A stretch of 64,000 bases of DNA from Candidatus Bathyarchaeota archaeon (GCA_963780185.1 CAWABA010000010.1:32001-96000); one strand, 5' to 3'. Positions 27,560-40,702 are shown, counted from the first letter of the stretch. Notes: generated by a model not told the origin, from the letters alone. Numbers and translations: made by a program.

Positions 27560-28358
27560 ATGTCGTTAGAATCGGGAAGGCACTTAGGGTTCATCGCCAG
27601 CTTGATAGCGGTCATCGTGCCAGTCATCACGGTTTTTTTGTACGGTTTTCTTATTTTGTCGTTGTTTGGTTTCGTTTCATCTGCTGCAACTGGAGGTAGC
27701 CAAACCTACGGCGGCACCTTTTTCCCTGTTGGAATCCTGTTTGTGCTTATCGCCATTGTGGTTATCGCTATCGTCGGAATTGTCCTGTTTTTCCTTTCGC
27801 TGCACAGGCTAAGCCAGTACTATAATGAGCCAGGCATATTCAAGAATGCATTTTACGGTTTCATAATAAACATAGTTGGAGGAGGTATCGTTGTTGCGGT
27901 TATGTTTGCGGTTTTATTTGCATCTATATTTTCTTCGTTCTCTCACCCCGTGACGAGTCTTTCCCCATTTGGGGCTATCGGGTTGATTTTAGGCGTAGCC
28001 GCAGCGGCTTTTGTAATTGGGATAGTTAGTGCTGTACTCTTCAAGCGTTCCTTCGACAAACTTGGAGAGAAATCAGGAGTCCAAAGCTTCAAAACTGCAG
28101 GCGACTTGTACCTGATCGGCACAGTTTTAACTATCGTTTTTGTCGGCAGCTTAATTGTGTGGATTGCCTGGATTTATTCTGCCTCAGGGTTCTATTCGCT
28201 CAAGCCAACATCAGGGCAGCCATCAGTCATTTCTTATTCCGCGCCGCAGCCTCCCGCGACATTTAACATGGCGGAAAAGCGATATTGTCCAATACTGCGG
28301 AGCACAAATCAGCGCTGACTCACTTTACTGCCCCAACTGCGGAAGACAAATTCGATAA
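27560..28358 (+). CDS. DUF996-like membrane protein with C-terminal zinc ribbon (frameshift near 28.29 kb)
   Basis: LSQYYNEPGIFKNA, LGEKSGVQSFKTAG; YCP|YCGAQ...YCPNCG split across two frames. Confidence 0.82.
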
Positions 28359-28450
28359 TGAAAAGTGCAACTTCTCCCTGAATTTGTCGTCGACAACAAA
28401 TTTTATATCTTGGTGCTCGCTCCTTTTCGGAGTAGAAGTTGTGATACCTT

Positions 28451-29431
28451 ATGGCTGTTAAAACAACACCAGTGTATATTGACTTGTTGAACCAAGCGGT
28501 AGAACGCGAATTCCAAGTCGCAGTACAGTATTTCCTGCAGCACGCAAAAATGGAAAAAATCATTAAGAAACAAATCCCCGAAAACATCCTCTTAGACAAA
28601 ACCACTTATGACGCAGTTGGAAAGATTCTTCACGAAATCTCCGTCCAAGAAATGAAGCATGCCGCTTCCATAATGGAAAGAATTTACTATCTTGGCGGCG
28701 AAGCGACCACTAAAGGCGGCAAAGTAGTCATCGGCGACACTATCAGCGAATTCGCCAAGCTCGGCGTAAAGGCGGAGGAAGAAGCCTTGGTCTTGTACCG
28801 TAAAATCATCGATACAGCTGGGCAAATGGGCGACTGGGAAACACGGGAGACGTTTGAAAAAATCTACGGTGAAGAAGAAGAACACCTCTTCAAATTCCAA
28901 GAGTACACTGCCTTCCAGGATGAGAAGGAAGGCCCCGATCAGGTGCCTCTGTCCGAGTGGCGCAAAATATTCACCCCCGACTACATTGAACTGTTGAACA
29001 AGGCGGTTGCAGCTGAAATCTGCGGGATAATCCAGTACACTAACCAGCATGAAAAAGCCGCGTTGCTTGAGCTCAGAATGAAGAAGACTCCGCTAGAAAC
29101 CGTTCAGGGAACAAACTACCAGGGCGTCGTGAGCAAACTCCTCAAAGACGTGTTCATGCAGGAAATGGCCCACCTTGAAAAAATCAGCGAACGAATCTAC
29201 CTAGTCGACGGCGAAGCAGTAACCAAGCCGAATCCTCTCCCTGTCGTCGGCAAAACACCGCTCGAAATCCTGCGGCTAGACCACAAACTTGAAGCAGACA
29301 CCATCGCGCTATATCGGCAAATCATCGCTGAAGCCATGAAACGCGGCGACACGACAACAAGAAGAATCTTTGAAGACATCGTTCTGCAGGAAGAAGACCA
29401 CTACTGGACATTCGACGACTACGTCAGATAA
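28451..29431 (+). CDS. Tandem two-domain bacterioferritin-like protein
   Basis: Each half has E..QY, EMxH..ERI, E..Y and EExH ferroxidase ligands. Confidence 0.9.
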   Translation: MAVKTTPVYIDLLNQAVEREFQVAVQYFLQHAKMEKIIKKQIPENILLDKTTYDAVGKILHEISVQEMKHAASIMERIYYLGGEATTKGGKVVIGDTISEFAKLGVKAEEEALVLYRKIIDTAGQMGDWETRETFEKIYGEEEEHLFKFQEYTAFQDEKEGPDQVPLSEWRKIFTPDYIELLNKAVAAEICGIIQYTNQHEKAALLELRMKKTPLETVQGTNYQGVVSKLLKDVFMQEMAHLEKISERIYLVDGEAVTKPNPLPVVGKTPLEILRLDHKLEADTIALYRQIIAEAMKRGDTTTRRIFEDIVLQEEDHYWTFDDYVR

Positions 29432-29627
29432 ACCAACTTTTCTTTCCCTATTTTCTTTTCAGGGACACTTCTCTTTATCTTAATATGCCCTCTATGTTGA
29501 AGCCTGTTTAGAACTTCGTTTTTTTTGGCGCAGGAGCAATTAATTTTAGATTCAAATAGAAAACTGGTTTTTCCGAAACCTTAATTCCCAACCAGCGCCA
29601 CAACTAGACCTGACAGAGGCGAAGTTA

Positions 29628-29765
29628 ATGCAGAAAAAAGATTTGCCTCGTTGTGTAAACTGCGGGAATCTTATCGACGACTGTAAATGCGTGTGCCCGT
29701 ATTGCGGGGAAACTGCAAAGTGCACTTGTTGCATCGGCATCGATAAAGCATCAGGCGGCGGGTAA
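29628..29765 (+). CDS. 45-aa, 9-Cys microprotein ending GGG (not in the ORF track)
   Basis: MQKKDLPRCVNCGNLIDDCKCVCPYCGETAKCTCCIGIDKASGGG*; GAGG SD; 47 bp before korA. Confidence 0.75.
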   Translation: MQKKDLPRCVNCGNLIDDCKCVCPYCGETAKCTCCIGIDKASGGG

Positions 29766-29812
29766 CCGCTCCTTAATATGTACAAAGTTATTCATGGGAA
29801 AGGGAAACAAAA

Positions 29813-32692
<2,880 letters not shown>

Positions 32693-32838
32693 AACTTTTC
32701 CTCTTAAGGAAAAGAGAGGCGGATTTAGAAGCCTTCTCCCTTTCTCCTCGATCCTTCTCCTCAACCTTTCCTTAAACAAACAGTTGCGGAAAAGCCATAT
32801 AAGCGGTATTGCCGTGCCCGATATATGTCGGCTTTGGC

Positions 32839-33213
32839 TTATTGTGTTTTGTCTTTGGTTTCTTCGTCGCGGTAGCATTCAGCGGTGAATTTCGGGGTGC
32901 AGATGCAGTAGAACACTAAGTCTGTTTTCCCGATGTTGCTTATTCTCTGGGAGGCTTCAGGTGGAATTATGATGAGGTCTCCTTGGGTTACTTTGGTTGG
33001 TTTTATGTCGCCGACATCTACTTGGCCTTCCCCGCTGGTTATAAGGTATATTTCGTTGACGCCGACGAGGTGATGCGCTATCGTTGTGACTCCTGGTTTT
33101 ACCCGAGCTTGCGCAATTGAAATCCCCTTTACGCTGTAGTTTTCGGTTATTAGAACCCGTTCTGATGTAGGCGTCTCTTTTAGGGTGTTAGCTTTCACAA
33201 TTTTCGGCTTCAA
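32839..33213 (-). CDS. Cupin domain protein
   Basis: HHLVGVNEIYLITSGEG, GDLIIIPP, ISNIG..DLVFYCICTP. Confidence 0.9.
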   Translation of the reverse strand: MKPKIVKANTLKETPTSERVLITENYSVKGISIAQARVKPGVTTIAHHLVGVNEIYLITSGEGQVDVGDIKPTKVTQGDLIIIPPEASQRISNIGKTDLVFYCICTPKFTAECYRDEETKDKTQ

Positions 33214-33450
33214 ATACTAAACCTCACCTTTCTTTCGTATCTGCTTACATAAAAGGCAACTAGAGGTGTATATTCGTTTTTTAATTATATTTTTATCGCA
33301 AACCTTAACCTAACTATTATTTACGTAAAAATCGGCTTTTTTCCCAAACAAGGGCTTTTTTGGTTTTTTTTGTTTTGAATTTTTTGTTTATTTTTGATGG
33401 TGTAGGCTTTCGGGTTTCACGCTATATTGCGAGATTAATGTGAAAATAAC

Positions 33451-33506
33451 TTATATATGCGCTAAATATAGTGTGTTGTCAGGATTGTCGGCACTACACA
33501 TATAAC
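33451..33506 (+). promoter_or_regulatory. TATA box followed by tandem NrdR boxes
   Basis: TTATATA 33451-57; GCGCTAAATATAGTGT 33459-74 fits acaCwAtATaTwGtgt; weaker GCACTACACATATAAC 33491-506, 32 bp later. Confidence 0.7.
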
Positions 33507-33529
33507 AAACCACGGAACATGTATAACCT

Positions 33530-33979
33530 ATGCGATGTCCATACTGCAACTCTGAAAACTCCAAAACCTTGGAAACGCGTGAATCCCCAGAAAACACCAC
33601 GCGCAGACGAAGAGAATGCATCAACTGTGGAAAACGCTTCACAACTTACGAATACGTTGAAACCGTCGAACTCATGGTTAGAAAAAAAGATGACCGCCTT
33701 GAAAGATTCGACGTCAACAAAATAATCCGCGGCTTACAGAAGGCATGCGAAAAAAGACCAGTGACAATGAGCCAAATCAACGAATTAGCCGAACAGGTAA
33801 GGCAAGATTTGATGCTTAGAGACACCGAGGAAGTCGCGTCGCAGGAAATCGGCGACCTAATCATGAAGCATCTAAAAAACGTCGACCGCATAGCGTACAT
33901 TCGTTTCGCGTCGGTTTACAAGCAATTTGAAGAGCCTGAAGATTTCAGGCGGTTACTCCTTGAGGTGAAAAAACAATGA
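33530..33979 (+). CDS. nrdR: Transcriptional repressor NrdR
   Basis: MRCPYC, RRRRECINCGKRFTTYE, ATP-cone, AYIRFASVY. Confidence 0.97.
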   Translation: MRCPYCNSENSKTLETRESPENTTRRRRECINCGKRFTTYEYVETVELMVRKKDDRLERFDVNKIIRGLQKACEKRPVTMSQINELAEQVRQDLMLRDTEEVASQEIGDLIMKHLKNVDRIAYIRFASVYKQFEEPEDFRRLLLEVKKQ

Positions 33980-36102
33980 AGTTCGTATTAAAACGTGATA
34001 GTAAATTAGAACCATTCGATCAAGAACGCATTACCACCGCCATTTGGAAAGCTGCAAAAGCATGTGGCGGAAGGGACAAAGAGCAAGCGAAGCGGGTAAG
34101 CGACGAAGTAGTCGCAGAACTCCAAAAAACCTACGGGGACGACGGGGTGCCCACGGTTGAGGAAGTCCAGGATGTCGTTGAAAAACGCCTGATTGAAAAC
34201 GGGCATGCCCAGACGGCGAAAGCCTACATTTTGTACCGTAAACAGCACAGCGACATGCGTGAGTTAGCTGCGCTGTTGAGCTCTTCAGACATGGTTGACC
34301 AGTACCTTGAGGTTGAGGATTGGCGTGTTAAAGAGAACAGCAACATGAGCTATTCACTTCAGGGATTGAACAATTACCTGTCATCCACGGTAATAGCCAA
34401 ATATTGGATTTCAAGAATTTACCCAGAAAACATAGCTGACGCCCACTTTTCGGGTGACTTACATATCCACGACCTAGGCGTCTTAGGCGCATACTGCGTC
34501 GGCTGGGACGTAAGCGAGTTGTTGATGGCAGGGTTCGGAGGGGTTCCAGGCAAAATTGAAAGCAAACCAGCAAAACACTTCCGCACCGCGCTAGGCCAAG
34601 TAGTGAATTTCTTCTACACGTTGCAGGGCGAAGCAGCAGGCGCGCAGGCTTTCAGCAACTTTGACACCTACCTTGCCCCATTCATACGATACGACCACCT
34701 TAACCAGCAAGAAGTCCAGCAGGCTCTTCAGGAATTCTTCTTCAACATGAACGTGCCGACCCGTGTGGGTTTCCAGACGCCGTTCACCAATTTAACGTTG
34801 GATCTGGATGTGCCCGACTTCATGAAGGATGAGGCTGTGTTGTTCAACGGCAAAGTAACACAGGACACCTACGGCAGCATGACTAAGGAAATGGAGATGT
34901 TCAACTTAGCATTCGCTGAGGTTATGCGGCAAGGCGATTCAAAAGGCAGAGTTTTCACCTTCCCAATTCCAACCTACAACATAACGAAAGACTTCAACTG
35001 GGATTCGCCTGTTGCACAAGCCATCTTTGAAGTTACCGCAAAATACGGTGTACCCTACTTCTCAAACTTCGTTAATAGCGACATGAAACCCGAGGACGTA
35101 CGCAGCATGTGCTGCCGTCTACGCATAGACAACCGTGAACTACGTAAGCGAGGAGGAGGCTTCTTCGGCGCTAACCCATTGACTGGCAGCATAGGCGTTG
35201 TAACCTTAAACATTCCAAGAATCGGCTACCTGTCTAAGGATGAAGACGAATTCTTCGAACGACTGGAAAAGTTGATGGAAACCGCCAAAGAAAGCTTAGA
35301 AATCAAACGCAAAGTCCTTGAAGCATTCACAGACAACGGTTTGTACCCGTATTCCCGCCGTTACCTAAAGCATGTAAAAGAAGGCTATGGCAAGTACTGG
35401 AAGAACCATTTCTCCACCATAGGCATAGTAGGCGTCAACGAAGCAATCATAAACCTGCTCGGCCAAAACATCGCAACGCGTGATGGACAAGCCTTCGCCG
35501 TTAAAATGTTAGCTTTCATGCGTAGCCGTCTGGCAGATTATCAAGAGGAAACTGATTGCATCTACAATCTTGAAGCAACCCCCGCTGAAGGCACCTCTTA
35601 CAGGCTTGCCCGCATCGACAAACGCCGATACAAAGACATCATATTCGCTAACCAAAAACAAGTAGTCGCTGACCACGCAGAACCCTTCTACACGAACTCT
35701 TCCCAGCTGCCCGTTGACTTTGCAGGTGACCTCTTCGAAGCCTTAGATCACCAGGAGAGTTTGCAGACCCTCTACACAGGAGGCACCGTGTTTCACATTT
35801 TCCTTGGCGAAAGGCTTAGCTCATGGAAAGCCGCGGCTGAACTCATCAAGAAAGTGGCTTGGAACTCAAAGCTGCCGTACTTCACCTTAACGCCGACCTT
35901 CAGCGTCTGCCCAACCCACGGATACACAAACGGCGAACACAAAACTTGCCCAACCTGCGGAGCAAACTGCGAGGTCTACTCACGAGTAGTCGGGTACCTG
36001 CGGCCAGTTGACCAGTGGAACGACGGAAAACAAGCAGAATTCGCTATGCGCAAAACATTCGACCGATCAGCCATCGTGTCCACTGTGCCCTTAACAAGTT
36101 AG
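33976..36102 (+). CDS. nrdD: Class III anaerobic ribonucleoside-triphosphate reductase
   Basis: ATP-cone, RSMCCRL, NLEATPAE, CPTH...CPTC, glycyl-radical SRVVGYLRP. Confidence 0.97.
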   Translation: MKFVLKRDSKLEPFDQERITTAIWKAAKACGGRDKEQAKRVSDEVVAELQKTYGDDGVPTVEEVQDVVEKRLIENGHAQTAKAYILYRKQHSDMRELAALLSSSDMVDQYLEVEDWRVKENSNMSYSLQGLNNYLSSTVIAKYWISRIYPENIADAHFSGDLHIHDLGVLGAYCVGWDVSELLMAGFGGVPGKIESKPAKHFRTALGQVVNFFYTLQGEAAGAQAFSNFDTYLAPFIRYDHLNQQEVQQALQEFFFNMNVPTRVGFQTPFTNLTLDLDVPDFMKDEAVLFNGKVTQDTYGSMTKEMEMFNLAFAEVMRQGDSKGRVFTFPIPTYNITKDFNWDSPVAQAIFEVTAKYGVPYFSNFVNSDMKPEDVRSMCCRLRIDNRELRKRGGGFFGANPLTGSIGVVTLNIPRIGYLSKDEDEFFERLEKLMETAKESLEIKRKVLEAFTDNGLYPYSRRYLKHVKEGYGKYWKNHFSTIGIVGVNEAIINLLGQNIATRDGQAFAVKMLAFMRSRLADYQEETDCIYNLEATPAEGTSYRLARIDKRRYKDIIFANQKQVVADHAEPFYTNSSQLPVDFAGDLFEALDHQESLQTLYTGGTVFHIFLGERLSSWKAAAELIKKVAWNSKLPYFTLTPTFSVCPTHGYTNGEHKTCPTCGANCEVYSRVVGYLRPVDQWNDGKQAEFAMRKTFDRSAIVSTVPLTS

Positions 36103-36118
36103 AAAGGAATCTTGCAGC

Positions 36119-36796
36119 ATGAAGTTTAGCGGATTACAGAAAACAAGCTTAGTCGATTACCCCGATAAAGTAGCCAGCGTGCTGTTCACTCCAGGCTGCA
36201 ACCTCCGATGCCCCTTCTGCCATAACTGGCGCATAGCCGTCGATCCGCAGCCGCCGTTTCTGCAGGAAGCCGCCGCGCTGGAAATTCTGGAAAGCCGCAA
36301 AAGATACGTTGACGCCGTCGTAGTCACCGGTGGGGAACCGTGTATGCATAAGGAACTGCCTAAATTCCTCGCTAAACTCAAAGAACGTGGCTTCTCGGTG
36401 AAGTTGGATACGAACGGCTTCTTCCCAGACATCCTTGAAGAATGCCTAGCAAGCGTGGATTACGTGGCAATGGACGTGAAGACATGCAGGGAAAAATACA
36501 AGCTTCTGGGCGCACAAAACACCGATGGGCTGATGCGAACCATGGAAATCCTCAAGACAGGTAAGGTTCCGTACGAGTTCAGGACAACAGTGGTGCCGCA
36601 GATAGTCACGGCGCAGGACGCCGTTGGCATCGGGGAGTTGGTTAAAGGCTCAAAAACCCACGCGCTCCAACAATTCATAGCTGAGGATACGCTTGACAAA
36701 AAATTCCAGACGCTTAAGCCTTACACGCCTGAAGCAATAGGTGAGTTCGCAGAGGTCATCCGCAAATACACGGAAAATGTGCTGCTAAGAATATAG
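36119..36796 (+). CDS. nrdG: Anaerobic RNR activating radical SAM enzyme
   Basis: GCNLRCPFCHN, TGGEP, KLDTNG; follows nrdD. Confidence 0.95.
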   Translation: MKFSGLQKTSLVDYPDKVASVLFTPGCNLRCPFCHNWRIAVDPQPPFLQEAAALEILESRKRYVDAVVVTGGEPCMHKELPKFLAKLKERGFSVKLDTNGFFPDILEECLASVDYVAMDVKTCREKYKLLGAQNTDGLMRTMEILKTGKVPYEFRTTVVPQIVTAQDAVGIGELVKGSKTHALQQFIAEDTLDKKFQTLKPYTPEAIGEFAEVIRKYTENVLLRI

Positions 36797-36940
36797 CTCG
36801 CCGCCACGGCTCTTTTCCGTCACGCCTACCTTACCTTTTAGTAAAAAACAACTTTCCTCCGCATTTTCCTTGGAGTGCTTTCTTTACTTTTCGAAAGAGT
36901 TAACCAAACTTGATTCTTGCAAGAAGGCTTTTGGGTCAAA

Positions 36941-37010
36941 AAGGAACGGGAATAAACGGGGAGCAACGGGGTGGAACGGGATTCAATGGGATGGAACGGG
37001 AAAAAACGTG
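36941..37010. repeat. Seven phased 10-bp units, NNNNAACGGG
   Basis: aaggaacggg aataaacggg gagcaacggg gtggaacggg attcaatggg atggaacggg aaaaaacgtg. Confidence 0.85.
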
Positions 37011-37235
37011 ACTTGCAAACGCCTCAAACCCCAAACCAAAAAAACAACCCAAAATCAACCCTAACAGAAACGTCGATTAACGCTTTTTTCTTTTTTGCTA
37101 TTTTCTAACGCGTGGATTTTCGGATGTTTGTACATGTTTTAAACAGGTCAGGAGGCGTCATGTTTATTTAAATCGTAATCACACGTGCTGCCAGAAACAA
37201 ACAGCAGTAGCTATATTCGAGAGGGGGGTGCGTCA

Positions 37236-38561
37236 GTGAAAAATAGGTCTTTCATAGTGGCTTTTGTAGTCATCATAATAACGGTACCATTTGTTTTCAT
37301 GGCAACAAACAGCGTTTTTCCTCAAACGACACCAACACTTCAATCAAGCGGGAATATAGCAGCCACCTCTGCCTATGTCAAACCAGATTGCTTAATTCAA
37401 ACAGACGGCTCAGGATTCTACCAAGCAGTAAATGCCACCGACGGCAAAGCTATCTTTTCATCCACAAACGCAAGCAACACAATAAACTCGGAAATCAAAG
37501 ATAGCACCTGCATTGCCCTCGGAACAGGAACTTTCGTTTTAAGCAACACGATAACAAAACAAGCTAACAATGTCACCATTGAAGGGCAAGGAAGCAAAAC
37601 TGTCATTACGCTTTCCATGCCTGGTTTCAGCGCCTTCACGTTTAGGAACGTAAACAACTGGACAATTTGCCAACTGGAGATCAAAGCATGTTCGGAGTAC
37701 AAAAGTTCCGGATTCTACATGTCAAGCTGTCAAAACATCACTATCGAAAACTGCGGGGTCAGCAACTCATACTACAGCGGAATAACAACCCTTTGCTCAT
37801 CTAACATCACATTCGACGGCAACTCGATTCAGAACGCAAGCTACGGGTTCGGAATCGCCGTCTGGAATACCACCGTATCAACAATAACCAATAACAAAAT
37901 AGACTTCACCTATTGGTCAGGAATAACAGTTTCAGACGGTTCAAACTACAATGTCATAGCAAGAAACATAGTCTCAAGAAGCGGACAAAACGGGAAATTA
38001 GGCGACGGAATAGAAATCGGCTCAACGGCGCAATCAGTTGCCACAGTCGGAAACTTCGTATTCAACAACACCTGCCATAACAACGTCGTAGATGGAATTT
38101 CTATAGCACAGAGCAATCTTACAAGGGTTTTTGGAAACTATGTTTTCGAAAATGGCGCAGCCGGAATAGCATTGGAAAGCAATTCAACGGGGACACAGGT
38201 GATAGGCAATTACGCATTCAGCAATTCAGGTCTATTTTTGGCAGGCGGCGGAATATCAGTTTCAGGCGCTGGAACAATAGGCACAACGATAAAAGAAAAC
38301 GAGGTCTTTAGCAATCAGCAAAATGGAATCTTTTTGCTAGAAAACTCAAGCAGCTCGCTTGTCATTGAAAACAAAGTTTTCGACAATGGCCAGAAACGCG
38401 CAAACGTTTACGATGGAATAGCTATCGATTCCTCAAACAACAGGATTGAAAATAATACCTGTTATGACGACCAATCTGCCATAACACAAAGGTACGGAAT
38501 AAACGCAGGGTATGGATTTTCAAACAACACGATTATTGGAAATGTGTTTTCTAAACTTTAA
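37236..38561 (+). CDS. Secreted right-handed parallel beta-helix (pectin lyase/NosD-like) protein
   Basis: N-terminal TM; many GI-x-N-x-I-x-NN repeats. Confidence 0.88.
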   Translation: MKNRSFIVAFVVIIITVPFVFMATNSVFPQTTPTLQSSGNIAATSAYVKPDCLIQTDGSGFYQAVNATDGKAIFSSTNASNTINSEIKDSTCIALGTGTFVLSNTITKQANNVTIEGQGSKTVITLSMPGFSAFTFRNVNNWTICQLEIKACSEYKSSGFYMSSCQNITIENCGVSNSYYSGITTLCSSNITFDGNSIQNASYGFGIAVWNTTVSTITNNKIDFTYWSGITVSDGSNYNVIARNIVSRSGQNGKLGDGIEIGSTAQSVATVGNFVFNNTCHNNVVDGISIAQSNLTRVFGNYVFENGAAGIALESNSTGTQVIGNYAFSNSGLFLAGGGISVSGAGTIGTTIKENEVFSNQQNGIFLLENSSSSLVIENKVFDNGQKRANVYDGIAIDSSNNRIENNTCYDDQSAITQRYGINAGYGFSNNTIIGNVFSKL

Positions 38562-38855
38562 AAAAATATCCACAGCAGTTTGGCTGTTTTCCTAATTCGT
38601 TTTTTCTTAGGCTGACTTGAGCTTGACCTCAAGTAGTCGGTTGGCACCTTTTCGAAAAAAGAGCAGCTTAGCCAGCGATTAACAAAATGAAAATTTAAAA
38701 TAGACCTGACGACAAAAGAACTAGATGAAAGAAACGCAAGATAGAACATTGAGATTTCTAAGATCATTCGAATGCAGTTTCAGATTTGAAGAAAACTGAT
38801 TGGTTTCGTGGAAATATGTTGTTAATGAATTTGTTAATGAATCAGGCGGAAAACC

Positions 38856-39635
38856 ATGCGGTATAGTCAAGCTTTGAATCAGCCCTTAGAATTCTTCCTA
38901 GCGATAATAAGATACCGCCAAACCTTCAAGCTTTCGTTCGGTGAAGTATTTGTCTCGCTCTTCAAATGCTTGTACTTCTTATGGCTTAGTTATCCTATTT
39001 TGCCACCGTTGTATGTTCTCTTTCCAGGTGTACTTCAGAAGTTTAAAAACAAATTCGTGTTTTCGGAATTGATGAGTTTTTACGATAGCCCACTTTATTG
39101 GTCTCATCTGATATGGGCTGAGTTTTCATTTAATAAGCAAAATTACGTGAAGCAAGTTTTAGATTTGGTTAAGGAACTATTGAATGGAAATCAGAATCCA
39201 CGTATTCTTGAGGTCGGTAGCGGGGTAGGCAGTTATACTACACATCTATCAAAAATCGGCAAAGTTGTTACTGTAGATATTTCAAGGCGTTGCCTTAGGT
39301 TGATTCGTTTTCGCATGAATTATGTAAATGAGGTAGCATCGTCAGCTGAATTTCTTCCTTTTCACTCTCCCGATTTTGACCTTGCGGTTTGCTTGGATGT
39401 CTTAGAACACCTTCCAGATCCAAGACGTGCGGTGGATGAATTAGTTAATTCGTTAAATCCTGAAAATGGTGTTCTAATCGCTAATTACGCCATCGACGTA
39501 CCTGAAGAAGATCATATAGGCAAGCTGAGCTCAAAGGAATTCGAGAATTTTCTCGAAGCAAAATATCGGGTCACGAGAAAATTGAGCATTGAAAAAGGAA
39601 GTTTGATTTACGTTGTCGCCTCTAATTGTTCATAG
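38856..39635 (+). CDS. Class I SAM methyltransferase
   Basis: ILEVGSGVG, VDIS, FDLAVCLDVLEHLPDP. Confidence 0.9.
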   Translation: MRYSQALNQPLEFFLAIIRYRQTFKLSFGEVFVSLFKCLYFLWLSYPILPPLYVLFPGVLQKFKNKFVFSELMSFYDSPLYWSHLIWAEFSFNKQNYVKQVLDLVKELLNGNQNPRILEVGSGVGSYTTHLSKIGKVVTVDISRRCLRLIRFRMNYVNEVASSAEFLPFHSPDFDLAVCLDVLEHLPDPRRAVDELVNSLNPENGVLIANYAIDVPEEDHIGKLSSKEFENFLEAKYRVTRKLSIEKGSLIYVVASNCS

Positions 39636-40702
39636 ACTTTTTTGTACTCTTTAATTATGATGTCCCAGTCAAATCGTTTTACGCGTTCCAAGCTTTTCTC
39701 GCGCAAATCTTCTGCGAGCCGCCTATCTGTCAAAACTCGAATCAACGCGTCGGCCAACGCATTTGGGTCGTTCGCTGGAACAAGAATCGCTGAGTCACCA
39801 ACTACTTCAGGAATACCGCCAATCTTTGTTGTCACAATCGGAAGACCATAAGCCATAGCTTCCAGGTAAACTACGCCGAAGCTTTCAGTCCTTGGAGAAA
39901 TACAAAGCACTTGAGAATTTCTCAGGTACGAAGCTTTAGTCGTATTAATAACAGGTCCCGTGAATTCGACATTTCCCTCTAATCTTAGTTCCTTTGCCAG
40001 TTTTACCAACTTTGCTGAGTCTCTTCCTTCACCAACTATCCATAATTTGGCATCTGGAACTTTGGAAATTACCTTCGGCATGGCTTGAAGCAGAATGTCT
40101 TGGCCTTTATGAGCAATATCCAACCGTGCCAAGCACAAAATAACCTTCCCGTAATTCTTTTTGGAAGCTTCTAGAGGCGGCAAGGTGACCCCGTTGGGAA
40201 TTACTGTGATTCTATTCTTTTTTGCGCCTCTGCGGATGAGATGATGCTTCTCCATGTCGGTTGTAGCGATTAATCGGTCACATGCCCTTATGGGAATGCT
40301 TCTTAAAGCATCAAAGAACGGGTAGATTTTAGCAGTAGGGTCGCTGTGTGTAGTGATTACAGTTGGTTTACTAGAAAACACTGATGCCAAAAGAGGGAAA
40401 TAGCCGTAAGCATGCGCGTGAAGAATGTCAAAATTTAGTTGATGCATCTTTAGGACCATGTCAGGCATCATTCTGGCTAATCGGTACCTTATTCTGAAAG
40501 GCTCAAAAACAGGAACCCTGTAAACCACTATACCCTCTGTCACTTCATAATCAGGCGTATTTGGTTCTCTTTGCGTAATAACCTCTATTTCAAAACCATC
40601 TTTTACTAGGCGTTTGTTAATTTCATGCATATTGATTTCAACGCCGCCTAATGAAGGAATGTAATTAGGGGTTAAATTCAGAATTCTCACATTAAACACC
40701 AA
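39608..40702 (-). CDS. Glycosyltransferase family 4
   Basis: GGVE, DILHAH, VIPNGV, ESFGVVYLEAMAYGLPIV. Confidence 0.95.
   Translation of the reverse strand: MVFNVRILNLTPNYIPSLGGVEINMHEINKRLVKDGFEIEVITQREPNTPDYEVTEGIVVYRVPVFEPFRIRYRLARMMPDMVLKMHQLNFDILHAHAYGYFPLLASVFSSKPTVITTHSDPTAKIYPFFDALRSIPIRACDRLIATTDMEKHHLIRRGAKKNRITVIPNGVTLPPLEASKKNYGKVILCLARLDIAHKGQDILLQAMPKVISKVPDAKLWIVGEGRDSAKLVKLAKELRLEGNVEFTGPVINTTKASYLRNSQVLCISPRTESFGVVYLEAMAYGLPIVTTKIGGIPEVVGDSAILVPANDPNALADALIRVLTDRRLAEDLREKSLERVKRFDWDIIIKEYKKVYEQLEATT

Noticed and set aside
32696-32774. Purine/pyrimidine inverted repeats between korB and the cupin gene as an ncRNA
   Set aside because: Position between convergent genes fits an ordinary terminator region
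36941-37010. CRISPR array
   Set aside because: Units are 10 bp with 4-bp spacers; no 25-40 bp repeats and no cas genes in the window
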